Source of the DNA: a virus
Lineage: Duplodnaviria; Caudoviricetes
IMG/VR virus record: IMGVR_UViG_3300014656_002176
Coordinates: 1 to 34,195 of that record
Length of the DNA stretch: 34,195 nt
Strand: one strand, 5' to 3'
Positions 1 to 8,469 of the stretch are shown here, piece after piece. Made by a program: the position numbers and the translations under genes. Positions within the stretch are counted from its first letter, which is position 1. Each line of letters begins with the position of its first letter. Below the pieces are notes generated by a model. The model was not told where the DNA came from and ran no database searches. It saw only the letters and a program-made list of their open reading frames with translations.

Positions 1-2
1 AT

Positions 3-119
3 ATGAAATATTGGAAAAGAGATAAAGACAATAATAGTGATGCTGATAGTAAGTTTTTTCCACAAGACTTGTTTGACAAAGTGCGTCAAACCATCAAGCA
101 GAGAAAGGAGGAAAAATGA
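3..119 (+). CDS. Small hypothetical protein (may extend beyond the window start)
   Basis: Manual translation MKYWKRDKDNNSDADSKFFPQDLFDKVRQTIKQRKEEK*; ATGA overlap with the next ORF. Confidence 0.5.
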   Translation: MKYWKRDKDNNSDADSKFFPQDLFDKVRQTIKQRKEEK

Positions 120-268
120 AAACTAAACTAACCAATGACCGAGAAGAGTTAATGGAAATTAAACTAGCAATAACCAGACTAATACCCACAATTCCAATAA
201 CCAAGGGATTAGCTGATGGTTTAGCCATCCGTAAAGAACTTCAAAAGATTATGGAGGAGAAGAAATGA
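116..268 (+). CDS. Small hypothetical protein (50 aa)
   Basis: MKTKLTNDREELMEIKLAITRLIPTIPITKGLADGLAIRKELQKIMEEKK*; AGGAGG Shine-Dalgarno upstream; ATGA overlaps at both ends. Confidence 0.6.
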   Translation: MKTKLTNDREELMEIKLAITRLIPTIPITKGLADGLAIRKELQKIMEEKK

Positions 269-327
269 CTAAATCAGACACAGTAGAAGAAAAGATAAAA
301 TTAATAATTAAAAAAAGGAGAAAATAA

Positions 328-411
328 ATGGATTATCCAACAGCAATAGTATTGAGTGTTTTTCTTATGGGTTTATTTTTGTTATTTATTACTATGATTA
401 AAAAACTATGA
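328..411 (+). CDS. Small single-pass membrane peptide (27 aa)
   Basis: MDYPTAIVLSVFLMGLFLLFITMIKKL*; AAGGAG upstream; ATGA overlap with gmd. Confidence 0.5.
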   Translation: MDYPTAIVLSVFLMGLFLLFITMIKKL

Positions 412-1424
412 AAAAAAACAGTCAAGAAAGAAAAAAAGCACTAGTTACTGGATGTAATGGGCAAGATGGTTCTTATTTAATGGAGTTTCTCTTAGATAAA
501 GGATACGAGGTATATGGAATGGTTAGAAGGCTTAGTTGTCCAAATTATCAAAACATAAAACACCTTCTTGGGTCAGTAAATTTAATTTATGGCGACATGA
601 CAGATATTACCAGTATAGTAAAGATAGTAAAAGACGGACAGTTCGATGAAATTTATAATTTAGCGGCGCAATCAAGTCCTGCGGAAAGCTTTAAGCAACC
701 TTTTCTTACCACTGACGTGAACGCCTTGGGTAGTCACAGGCTTTTTGAAGCAGTGTCCATATATTCCCCACAAACGAGGGTATATCAAGCCTCTACAAGC
801 GAAATGTTTGGCAATGCGTTTGAAAGTCCTCAAAGGGAAACAACACAGTTTAATCCAAGCAACCCTTATGCGGTTTCAAAAATGTATGCGCACCAAATGG
901 CGCATATTTACAGAAACAAGGGTTTATTTGTTGCTTGTGGAATATTATTTAATCACGAAAGCGAAAGAAGGGGTCTTCAATTTGTTACTCAAAAAATCTG
1001 CTATGGAGTAGCTTGCATAAGCTTGGGTATGAAGGAGTCACCAGCCTTGAACGAAGAAAATGAACCACTAGTCAAGGACGGAAAGATAAGTTTGGGAAAC
1101 TTGGACGCTAAAAGAGATTGGGGGTATTCCCCAGACTACGTTAGGGGAATGTGGATGTTGCTTCAATTAAACATGCCAGATGATTTTGTTATTGCAACAG
1201 GCGAACAACATTCAATTAGGGAACTGGTACAAACAGCATTTAAGTTTGTTGGTATAGAAGATTGGGAAAAGTATATTTACGTAGATCCAAGATTTGTCAG
1301 AAAAGATACCTGTTCGTTGTTAGGTGATCCAACTAAAATAAAATCAATCGGCTGGAAAACCGACGTTGATTTTAAAAAATTGGTCGAAAAGATGGTGGAA
1401 AATAATATAAATCAACTAAAATGA
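408..1424 (+). CDS. gmd: GDP-mannose 4,6-dehydratase
   Basis: Family motifs ALVTGCNGQDGSYL, YNLAAQS, YQASTSEMFG, PYAVSK (YxxxK), GILFNHES, LGNLDAKRDWG. Confidence 0.95.
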   Translation: MKKNSQERKKALVTGCNGQDGSYLMEFLLDKGYEVYGMVRRLSCPNYQNIKHLLGSVNLIYGDMTDITSIVKIVKDGQFDEIYNLAAQSSPAESFKQPFLTTDVNALGSHRLFEAVSIYSPQTRVYQASTSEMFGNAFESPQRETTQFNPSNPYAVSKMYAHQMAHIYRNKGLFVACGILFNHESERRGLQFVTQKICYGVACISLGMKESPALNEENEPLVKDGKISLGNLDAKRDWGYSPDYVRGMWMLLQLNMPDDFVIATGEQHSIRELVQTAFKFVGIEDWEKYIYVDPRFVRKDTCSLLGDPTKIKSIGWKTDVDFKKLVEKMVENNINQLK

Positions 1425-1690
1425 GAAGACCGTTAGTTATATCAACTCACGCCCAGCAGAGGATGAAAGAAAACACTATAAGTGTTGCCATGCTGGAACG
1501 TATGTGGAAATTGGCTAGAGAGGTGAAAGTGCCAATATATAGAAAGAGATATAAAAAGGAAAAGTACGGAAAGAACCAAGATGGGGTCAGATATTTCTGG
1601 CACAGCGGTTATCTATTAACAATTGACACTCACAAGATGGTTTTAGTTACTATCGCCAAAGAGAGTCTCTCTAGTGTCATTTTAAGATGA
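1421..1690 (+). CDS. Hypothetical basic protein, DUF4258/RelE-like fold possible
   Basis: ISTHAQQRM N-terminal motif and terminal LVTI strand; ATGA-coupled on both sides. Confidence 0.5.
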   Translation: MRRPLVISTHAQQRMKENTISVAMLERMWKLAREVKVPIYRKRYKKEKYGKNQDGVRYFWHSGYLLTIDTHKMVLVTIAKESLSSVILR

Positions 1691-2040
1691 ATAAAAAAAG
1701 CCTTGATGTTCTTTGGTCAAAATTAGTTATAAAAAGAGGCAATGAAAGGTGCGAATATTGTGGGTCAACTTATAGTTTAGCCCCACATCATATTTTTGGG
1801 CGTATAAACCAAACGGTAAGATGGGATTTAAACAATGGTATCTGTTTGTGTTTAGAGCACCACACGGGCGGAGACTTTTCGGCTCATAGATCTCCAAACG
1901 AATTTAAGCAGTGGCTAATAGACACTAGAGGGGTTGAATGGTACGAGTCATTAAGAAAAAAATCAAAGCAATGCTTTTTTGGAGACTATAATTTGATATT
2001 AAGCTCTTTACAAAGAGAATGTAAAATGGTTATAATGTAA
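1687..2040 (+). CDS. HNH endonuclease (NinG-like / packaging-associated)
   Basis: LDVLWSKLV...CEYCG...PHHIFGR...RWDLNNGICLCLEHH; lies shortly upstream of the terminase genes. Confidence 0.8.
   Translation: MNKKSLDVLWSKLVIKRGNERCEYCGSTYSLAPHHIFGRINQTVRWDLNNGICLCLEHHTGGDFSAHRSPNEFKQWLIDTRGVEWYESLRKKSKQCFFGDYNLILSSLQRECKMVIM
2007..2036 (+). promoter_or_regulatory. Putative sigma70-type promoter
   Basis: TTTACA (2007-2012), 18 nt spacer, TATAAT (2031-2036), upstream of the ORF at 2062. Confidence 0.45.
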
Positions 2041-2061
2041 TAGTTAAATTATATAAAAAAA

Positions 2062-2241
2062 ATGAAAGATAAAGAAGATATATGGCTAACCTGCGCTTGT
2101 GGGGAGAAATTTTTGTTCTCAATTAGAGATCAAGACTTTTACGAGAGTAAAGGATATCTCCCGCCCAAAAGATGTAAGCAGTGTCGTATTTTAAGACAAA
2201 AGGAAAGAGAGAAGTTTGGGCAAATCCCTTCTAGTAATTAG
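2062..2241 (+). CDS. Zinc-ribbon protein (zf-trcl-like), 59 aa, absent from the ORF track
   Basis: MKDKEDIWLTCACGEKFLFSIRDQDFYESKGYLPPKRCKQCRILRQKEREKFGQIPSSN*; pattern C..CG..F.F...Q.FY..KG..P.RC..CR. Confidence 0.8.
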   Translation: MKDKEDIWLTCACGEKFLFSIRDQDFYESKGYLPPKRCKQCRILRQKEREKFGQIPSSN

Positions 2242-2310
2242 GGGCGTGAAAGGTCTAGCCAGTCAGTGGAATAACTGACTAGGAACTCGGCTTCAATGTC
2301 GACACGTCCA
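2242..2310 (+). ncRNA. tRNA-like RNA resembling a stand-alone tmRNA tRNA-like domain (Ala identity)
   Basis: Acceptor stem GGGCGTG(2242-48)/CACGTCC(2303-09) with G3.U70 and discriminator A2310; stemless D-loop AAAGGTCTAG; hairpin AGTCAGT/ACTGACT; T-arm TCGGC-TTCAAT-GTCGA; CCA not encoded. Confidence 0.6.
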
Positions 2311-2326
2311 CTTATTAATGTAAAAT
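2299..2326 (+). promoter_or_regulatory. Putative promoter for terS (leaderless-type)
   Basis: TCGACA (2299-2304), 16 nt spacer, TAAAAT (2321-2326), then 5 nt to the ATG. Confidence 0.45.
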
Positions 2327-2331
2327 AAATT

Positions 2332-2895
2332 ATGACAGCACCAAAAGAACTACAAGAAGCCAAAGACAAAGGACTAAATCGGTTAGAAGACACTGATATC
2401 TTTAAAGCATTATTAAAGACAGAAAACAAGTCAAAACCACAGGTTGGAAGACCTAAAATAATCGACACGTCTGTACTCCGTAAATTATATGAAGCTTTTA
2501 TCATAGGTTCTACGGACGAAGAAGCGTGTTTTTGGGCTAATATAGGCAAAAGTTCTTTATATGCCTTTCAAATAGACTACCCAGAATTTTTGGAGCTAAA
2601 AGAAGAATGGAAACAAAACCCAACATTAAAGGCAAGGCAAACTGTTTTCTCAAATTTGGATTCAGCGGAAAATGCAAGATGGTATTTAGAACGAAAGAAG
2701 AAAGAGGAATTTGCGGTTAGAAGTGAACTGACTGGCGCAAGTGGTGTGAGTTTATTACCTACTAATTTAGAAGATTTAAAAACAAATTATGGAGATTTGG
2801 CAAAAGACCTTATTGAAGAAACTTCAAAACAAGGGGTGGAGAATGACCCATCTCTACAAGATAAAGAACAAGGAGGGGGAGTTAGTAACCTTTAA
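2332..2895 (+). CDS. terS: Terminase small subunit
   Basis: GRPK motif, HTH-like GSTDEEACFWANIGKSSLY, ARWYLERK...EF, ELTG; directly upstream of and overlapping terL. Confidence 0.8.
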   Translation: MTAPKELQEAKDKGLNRLEDTDIFKALLKTENKSKPQVGRPKIIDTSVLRKLYEAFIIGSTDEEACFWANIGKSSLYAFQIDYPEFLELKEEWKQNPTLKARQTVFSNLDSAENARWYLERKKKEEFAVRSELTGASGVSLLPTNLEDLKTNYGDLAKDLIEETSKQGVENDPSLQDKEQGGGVSNL

Positions 2896-4330
2896 GCCGA
2901 ATACAGTACAGCTTAAACATGCGGTCGATAGGAAAGACTTTACCAGAACACTTGTACTTAAAGCGAGGCAGTTTGGGTTTACTACTTTTTATTGCATTGA
3001 TTTATTAGACGAGGCATTGTGGGTTAAGGGTACTACTTGCGCTATTCTAGGCCATGAGAGAGAGGCCGTGGATAAGATCTTTGATATTGTGAAAAGAGCT
3101 TATACAAACTTACCAGAGTTTCTAAAACCCAAAACAAAAACAGACACTAAACGGCAGTACGACTTCACGTTTAGGTTTGATGGTGAGCAGTTGGACTCAT
3201 CAATCTATGTGGCATTGAAGCTAAGGTCTGGTACTGTTCAGAATCTACATATAACCGAGAGCGCCTACATAAAAGATCGTCAAGAGTTGAATGCTGGTTC
3301 TAAGCAAGCAGTGCCATTATCTGGAAGAATAAGCGAGGAAACAACAGGTAATGGTTTTGATGAGTTTTATGATGTTTATGAAGAAGCTAGAACCAATCCA
3401 CATCCAACACCTTTAGACTATCGGGCATTTTTTTATGCTTGGTATGAAAACCCAGAATACACTTTAAGCGGGGAGTGTGGGGAGAAGAGTCAGTATGAAA
3501 CGGAGATCCAAGTCAGGTACAACTTAACAGAAGGTCAACTGCTTTGGAGAAGGTGGAAGATGAAGGAGTTAATGAGAAGCGACAAAGGTTTATTGGGACT
3601 AACTGGTGAACAGTTATTTAAGCAAGAATACCCAATCACTGTTTTAGAGGCTTTTCAGAGTGGTGCTGGTAACGTATTCGATACTGAAAAGGTTGAAGCC
3701 ACCAAGCCGAACCCTCAATTATTGGGTGGAATACCGACGCTACAATCTAAAGGGTTTATTGTTTGGCAGAATGTCATAATTGGACATAAGTATGTAATAG
3801 GGGTAGATCCAAGTGATGGAGAAGGTGCAGACGCCTCATGTATTGACGTTTGGGATAAAGATACAAGATTCCAAGTGGCACAGTTCTATGGAAAGATAAG
3901 ACCAGATGAATTAGCAGATTTGGCTAAACTTGCAGGAGATTATTACAATAAGGCTTATGTAGGGGTTGAAAACAACATGTTGACCTGTATTCTTTTTCTT
4001 TCAAAGATTTATGATAACTACTTCTTTACTACCACAATAGACGAAAAGACTGCCAAAAAGACCAAGAAGATTGGTTGGAATACCAATTCTAAGACCAGAG
4101 ATGTGATGATCGACGAGTTTATTATTGCTTTTGAAGAGGATACTTTGACAATTAACTCAACTGGTACTCTTGGGGAAATGAAGACATTTGTAAAAAAAGA
4201 AAACGGAAAGAGAGAGCATGCTGACGGTAAACATGACGATAGGTTATTTGCAGGATTTATAGCGTTACAAATGATTAAACACTACAAAGAGCCCGCTAGA
4301 ACTTGGGAATCTAACAATACTGGTTTATAA
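2789..4330 (+). CDS. terL: Terminase large subunit
   Basis: Walker A LKARQFGFTT, Walker B LHITESAY, ETTGNG coupling motif, nuclease GVDPSDG...HDDRLFA. Confidence 0.95.
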   Translation: MEIWQKTLLKKLQNKGWRMTHLYKIKNKEGELVTFKPNTVQLKHAVDRKDFTRTLVLKARQFGFTTFYCIDLLDEALWVKGTTCAILGHEREAVDKIFDIVKRAYTNLPEFLKPKTKTDTKRQYDFTFRFDGEQLDSSIYVALKLRSGTVQNLHITESAYIKDRQELNAGSKQAVPLSGRISEETTGNGFDEFYDVYEEARTNPHPTPLDYRAFFYAWYENPEYTLSGECGEKSQYETEIQVRYNLTEGQLLWRRWKMKELMRSDKGLLGLTGEQLFKQEYPITVLEAFQSGAGNVFDTEKVEATKPNPQLLGGIPTLQSKGFIVWQNVIIGHKYVIGVDPSDGEGADASCIDVWDKDTRFQVAQFYGKIRPDELADLAKLAGDYYNKAYVGVENNMLTCILFLSKIYDNYFFTTTIDEKTAKKTKKIGWNTNSKTRDVMIDEFIIAFEEDTLTINSTGTLGEMKTFVKKENGKREHADGKHDDRLFAGFIALQMIKHYKEPARTWESNNTGL

Positions 4331-4360
4331 TTAACACAAGATTTATAGTAAAATAATAAT

Positions 4361-5842
4361 ATGGCAGAAACATCAGAAGTACTTTTTCCTAAGACGAGTG
4401 ATAAACCGAGACTAAGTGGTTACGACTATTACGAAAAGCTTTTCATGGGCGACCATTTTACAGCCTTTAATATTGCAATTGACAACAACAAGGATTTTAA
4501 CAAGGCTTATGCAAAGATTCGCTATGTTAAGGCCAATTTCGCAGGATTAATTTCTAAAGTCATTGCCGACATGCTTTTTTCAGAGCCAATTAAATTAAAG
4601 GTCGAGAGTGAAGAGCAACAAAACTGGCTTGATTCATTTGTCCAAGAAAACAAACTAAATCAAATATTATACGAGAGCGCCTTATCTAATTCTTACCTAG
4701 GTGATATTTTGTTTAAATTGAGGATTGGTAAAAGGATGGCTGGTGATGAAGATAGTTCTATTATTTTGTCGAATTTACCACCATCTATATATTTTCCGAA
4801 GATAAACCTAAGTAACATTGACGAAGACCCAGAAGTAAAAGAATTGTGTTGGATTATAGATTTTATTGATAAAGATAATAAGCCAAAAAAGTACCTACGG
4901 AAAGAGATACACCTTCCTAAAAAGATTGTAAACGAGCTATGGAGAATGGAGGGGGACAAGGTAGTCGAGAAAGTTCCTTTTTCTGAGATAGGCGACACCA
5001 CAACCAAACCTTTTGAAGATACAAAAATTAATCGCCAACTGGTAGTTCATATTCCCAACTGGAAGACGGTGAGTAGGTTCTGGGGAATCAGTGACTTCTA
5101 TGATCTTGATACCCTGTTCTTTGCTATTAACAACCGTATTTCAAAGATTGATAACATTTTAGACAAACACAGTGATCCGTTACTTGTTGTCCCAACTGGA
5201 ATCCTAGACGAGAAGGGAAAAGTAAAAAAGGGTAGTTTGGGTGTGGTAGAAGTACAAGACGCAAACGACGGTAAGCCAGAATATGTTGTTTGGGACGCCT
5301 CATTAGAGAATGCGTTTAATGAGATTGACAAGATGGTTGAGCTCTTGATGATGACATCTGAAATTTCCCCAGATATCCTAGGCATGGGCAAGGGGCAGTC
5401 TGACAGCGGTAGAGCTTTAAAGTATAAGATGTTAAGAACCATCGCTAAGACCGCAAGAAAGAGACTTTATTACGATAATGCAATTAAAGAAATTATCTAT
5501 CGAAGCATGATGTTGGCCAAAGCATGGGGATTGAAGGCTGGTGGAGTTGCCTTTAGTGGCGAACCAGTCATACCCGAGATTGTATGGGCTGATGGTATTC
5601 CTGCTGATGAGACTGAATTAATTGAAAACGAGAACGCCAGAATAGACGGAGGCACGGAGACAATTGAAGACGCTATTATGAAAATTGACGGTGTGGACAG
5701 GGACACAGCAGTAGAAAAGGCCAAAAAGATTAAGGATGAAAAGGCAATTGAAATGCCCACCAATGGCTTTGATATGAAAAACAATCCCTTTAACCAAGTT
5801 AAAGATCTGAAGAAAAAGGCGGAAAAACAGGGAGGTAAATAA
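4361..5842 (+). CDS. Portal protein (SPP1 gp6/A118-like)
   Basis: 493 aa after terL; NFAGLISKVIADMLFSEP, HIPN...WGISD, SGRALK motifs. Confidence 0.9.
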   Translation: MAETSEVLFPKTSDKPRLSGYDYYEKLFMGDHFTAFNIAIDNNKDFNKAYAKIRYVKANFAGLISKVIADMLFSEPIKLKVESEEQQNWLDSFVQENKLNQILYESALSNSYLGDILFKLRIGKRMAGDEDSSIILSNLPPSIYFPKINLSNIDEDPEVKELCWIIDFIDKDNKPKKYLRKEIHLPKKIVNELWRMEGDKVVEKVPFSEIGDTTTKPFEDTKINRQLVVHIPNWKTVSRFWGISDFYDLDTLFFAINNRISKIDNILDKHSDPLLVVPTGILDEKGKVKKGSLGVVEVQDANDGKPEYVVWDASLENAFNEIDKMVELLMMTSEISPDILGMGKGQSDSGRALKYKMLRTIAKTARKRLYYDNAIKEIIYRSMMLAKAWGLKAGGVAFSGEPVIPEIVWADGIPADETELIENENARIDGGTETIEDAIMKIDGVDRDTAVEKAKKIKDEKAIEMPTNGFDMKNNPFNQVKDLKKKAEKQGGK

Positions 5843-6708
5843 TGCTCTTCCCTATTGAGGTTGGTCTACCAGACAGAGACATTAACAAGATCATTAAGCT
5901 TTATAAGCGGGCATATAAAAAGATTGTCTTGGAGATATCCACCGCCACTGATTTCGGTATTTACAACAGAAGATCTATTTTGAGCCAGATTGAGATAATA
6001 TTAACTAAGTTGGGTGCGGACGTTCAAGACTTTTTGGAAAAAGAAATCCCTAACAATTACAAAATAGGCTTTAATCAAGCAGACAGGCAACTAAAAAGCT
6101 TTGGGGTTGAATTGATTGGCGACATGCAGTTTAACCTTCTCCATCAAGAGGCTATTATAAATTTAATTGACGATACTTCTAAGGCTTTTGCTGGTGGAAT
6201 AACTGGGGTAAAAAGGAATGCTGAGATGTTACTAAACAAGGCCGTTAAAGAAGAAATTAAAATGAGAATGGCGGAGGGGGCGATAAGCGGTGAAGCAACA
6301 AAGGCAATTCGTGCTTACATAAACGGATATCTTAAAGATCAAGGGTTGGCTTCTTTAATAGATAAAGGTGGGAGGAAATGGACACTGGACAGGTACACGG
6401 ACATGTTAATTAGGACAAAGACCGCCGAAGCACGCAATAGAGGGTTAATTAATAGGGTAGTTGAGAATAAATATGATCTAGTACAAGTGTCTAGTCATCC
6501 AAGTAGTTGTCCTTTATGTGCCCCATGGCAATCTAAGATTTTATCTTTGACTGGAAATACCAAGGGATACCCAACTTTGACTGAGGCAGAAGAGAGCGGG
6601 TTGTTTCATCCTAACTGTCGACATGCAATTAATGTCTATGACCCAGAGATCTCAAAACAGACACGTTCTTTCAATCCAAAAACTGGAAAATATGAATTAG
6701 CAGAGTAG
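5842..6708 (+). CDS. Minor head protein (phage minor capsid 2 / MuF-like)
   Basis: DKGGRKWTLDRY, VSSHPSSCPLCAPWQ, GLFHPNCRH; position after the portal; GGAGG SD. Confidence 0.88.
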   Translation: MLFPIEVGLPDRDINKIIKLYKRAYKKIVLEISTATDFGIYNRRSILSQIEIILTKLGADVQDFLEKEIPNNYKIGFNQADRQLKSFGVELIGDMQFNLLHQEAIINLIDDTSKAFAGGITGVKRNAEMLLNKAVKEEIKMRMAEGAISGEATKAIRAYINGYLKDQGLASLIDKGGRKWTLDRYTDMLIRTKTAEARNRGLINRVVENKYDLVQVSSHPSSCPLCAPWQSKILSLTGNTKGYPTLTEAEESGLFHPNCRHAINVYDPEISKQTRSFNPKTGKYELAE

Positions 6709-6716
6709 TCGTTTGA

Positions 6717-6744
6717 TTGACAATAATTTCTATTGTTATATAAT
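6717..6744 (+). promoter_or_regulatory. Consensus sigma70 promoter for scaffold/capsid
   Basis: TTGACA (6717-6722), 16 nt spacer, TATAAT (6739-6744); inverted repeat ACAATA-N5-TATTGT (6720-6736) overlaps it. Confidence 0.75.
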
Positions 6745-6798
6745 TAAGTTGTTATCCTTTAGTGGCGTTGCACGTAAAACACGAATTAGGACAAAATT

Positions 6799-7431
6799 AT
6801 GCCTAAAACAATCGAGGAACTAGAAAAGAAAATAAAAACACTAGAAGATGAAAAAAAGGAACTATCAAAGCCCTTTGACATATCAAAACTGACAGACGAC
6901 CAAATCGACAAGGTGTTCGAAGATGAAAGAATTTGGAAACACCCCAGATTTAAGGCACTTAACGAGAAAGCCAAGGAAGGCGAAAAAATCGCTAAGGAAA
7001 AGTCAGAAGCAGACTTAAAGAAACTTGAAGAAGATAAAAAGTTTGAGGAAGCTCTAAAGATGGAAAAGGAGAAAAACCAGAAATTGGAGAGCGAGCTTAA
7101 ACAATCATCTTTGGACAGTGTAATTCGAGCAAGCGCTTCAAAACTTGGAGCTTTAAACCCTGAAACAGTTTTGAAATTAGTTGACAGAAGCAAAATCGTT
7201 GTTAAGGATGACGGTTCGGTGGAAGGTGTTGAAGAAGCACTAAAAGGTTTGGCTGAAAATGACAAATACCTTTTTGACTCCACAACTTTAGCGAACGGGA
7301 CAAATCCTGCAAATAACAACGCAACGCCAAAGTTTAAACAGTCGCAAATAAGCAATGTTGCGTTCTACCAAGAGCATGAGACTGAAATTTTGGAAGCTAT
7401 GAAAACTGGTCAAATCGAACAAGATATGTAG
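6799..7431 (+). CDS. Capsid scaffolding protein
   Basis: Lys/Glu coiled coil, GALNPE...VEGVEEAL...KYLF, low-complexity linker; immediately before the capsid gene. Confidence 0.85.
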   Translation: MPKTIEELEKKIKTLEDEKKELSKPFDISKLTDDQIDKVFEDERIWKHPRFKALNEKAKEGEKIAKEKSEADLKKLEEDKKFEEALKMEKEKNQKLESELKQSSLDSVIRASASKLGALNPETVLKLVDRSKIVVKDDGSVEGVEEALKGLAENDKYLFDSTTLANGTNPANNNATPKFKQSQISNVAFYQEHETEILEAMKTGQIEQDM

Positions 7432-7471
7432 GCATAATAGAAAGGTTCTATTATATTTTTAATTTACTTAT

Positions 7472-8386
7472 ATGGCGGAAAACGTATTAAACAATACTAC
7501 AAATGCGGTATTTATCCCGACGATAATTGCCCAAAAATGTTTACAGAGATTACCTAGCTATTTGAACATGGCAAAAACCGTGTCTAAAGATAGTGATTGG
7601 GCTACTGCTCAAATTGGTGATAAAATCCAAGTTCCAAAAACTGGTGCTGTAACAGCAAACGATAAAGTCGCTGGTGTTGCGTTCACAAAACAAAACCCAA
7701 CTGGCACTTACGAGGAAGTTACTTTGGACAAACACAAAGAAGTTACCTTCACAATTGACGATGTTACTAAGGTGTTTGAAAACCAAGACACACAAATGAG
7801 ATATGGAGAAGATGGAGCTATTGCTCTTTCAGAAGCCATTGAACAGTCTTTGGTCGATCTCCACCCACAAATCACAAACACTCTCACTTGGAACAGAACA
7901 AGTGAAACTACCATTGACACCTCAATGTTAGCTATCCGAAAATTCTTTACCGATCAAAAAGTTCCTAAATTGGAGCAAAAGTATTTCTATTGTGATTCAA
8001 CGATCTACAATGACTTACTCGGTACTGATAAATTCTCACGATATGACGCTACTGGAAAGCAAGGTCAAATCACCGAAGGTGAAATGATTAAAGCCTATAG
8101 CATGCTCGTTTCTGAGTCTCAAATGATTCCTACATCTGGTTCGCCCGTTGCTTATCATAACTTCGCTTATTCCAAAAACGGTATGGTCTTGGCTACTAGA
8201 GCACTACCTACCCCAAAAGGATTCAGCGGTTATTCAGCAGTTATCAACGATCCTTTAACAGGGATCACTCTTCGCTCGATGTTCTGGTACAATGCAGATA
8301 TCGGTGCACACCAATTGACACTTGATGTCCTCTTTGGAGTTGCAATCTTAGATGATCGAAGACTCGTAGAAGTGGAATCCTTCTAA
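7472..8386 (+). CDS. Major capsid protein (HK97 fold, P22-coat-like family)
   Basis: FIPTIIA, GDKIQVP, VTLDKHKEVTFTIDD, C-terminal LDVLFGVAILD; position; followed by a terminator. Confidence 0.9.
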   Translation: MAENVLNNTTNAVFIPTIIAQKCLQRLPSYLNMAKTVSKDSDWATAQIGDKIQVPKTGAVTANDKVAGVAFTKQNPTGTYEEVTLDKHKEVTFTIDDVTKVFENQDTQMRYGEDGAIALSEAIEQSLVDLHPQITNTLTWNRTSETTIDTSMLAIRKFFTDQKVPKLEQKYFYCDSTIYNDLLGTDKFSRYDATGKQGQITEGEMIKAYSMLVSESQMIPTSGSPVAYHNFAYSKNGMVLATRALPTPKGFSGYSAVINDPLTGITLRSMFWYNADIGAHQLTLDVLFGVAILDDRRLVEVESF

Positions 8387-8402
8387 TTAACCGATACTCG
8401 AT

Positions 8403-8431
8403 AACCCCGCTTGTAAAAGAGCGGGGTTTTT
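8403..8431 (+). terminator. Rho-independent terminator after the major capsid gene
   Basis: AACCCCGCT-N8-AGCGGGGTT stem running into a T tract. Confidence 0.85.
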
Positions 8432-8435
8432 GTTG

Positions 8436-8463
8436 TTGACAAAACATAAAATGATTGTAAAAT
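8436..8463 (+). promoter_or_regulatory. Sigma70 promoter heading the glycosylation cassette (leaderless-type)
   Basis: TTGACA (8436-8441), 16 nt spacer, TAAAAT (8458-8463), 6 nt to ATG 8470; no SD. Confidence 0.7.
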
Positions 8464-8469
8464 GAAGAT

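Noticed and set aside
2242-2310. Canonical tRNA gene or attP/att fragment
   Set aside because: No D-stem and no 7-nt anticodon loop. Both acceptor strands are present and no integrase is nearby, so it is not a simple att remnant.
2238-2549. Minus-strand 103-aa ORF and other short nested ORFs (e.g. 745-1011, 4693-5007, 6786-7355, 32823-33239)
   Set aside because: They overlap well-supported plus-strand genes and have no recognisable motifs.
2789-2895. 107-nt terS/terL overlap as a frameshift or wrong start
   Set aside because: The WRMTHLYKIKNKEG segment resembles a normal N-terminus for this terL type, and terS/terL overlaps are common.
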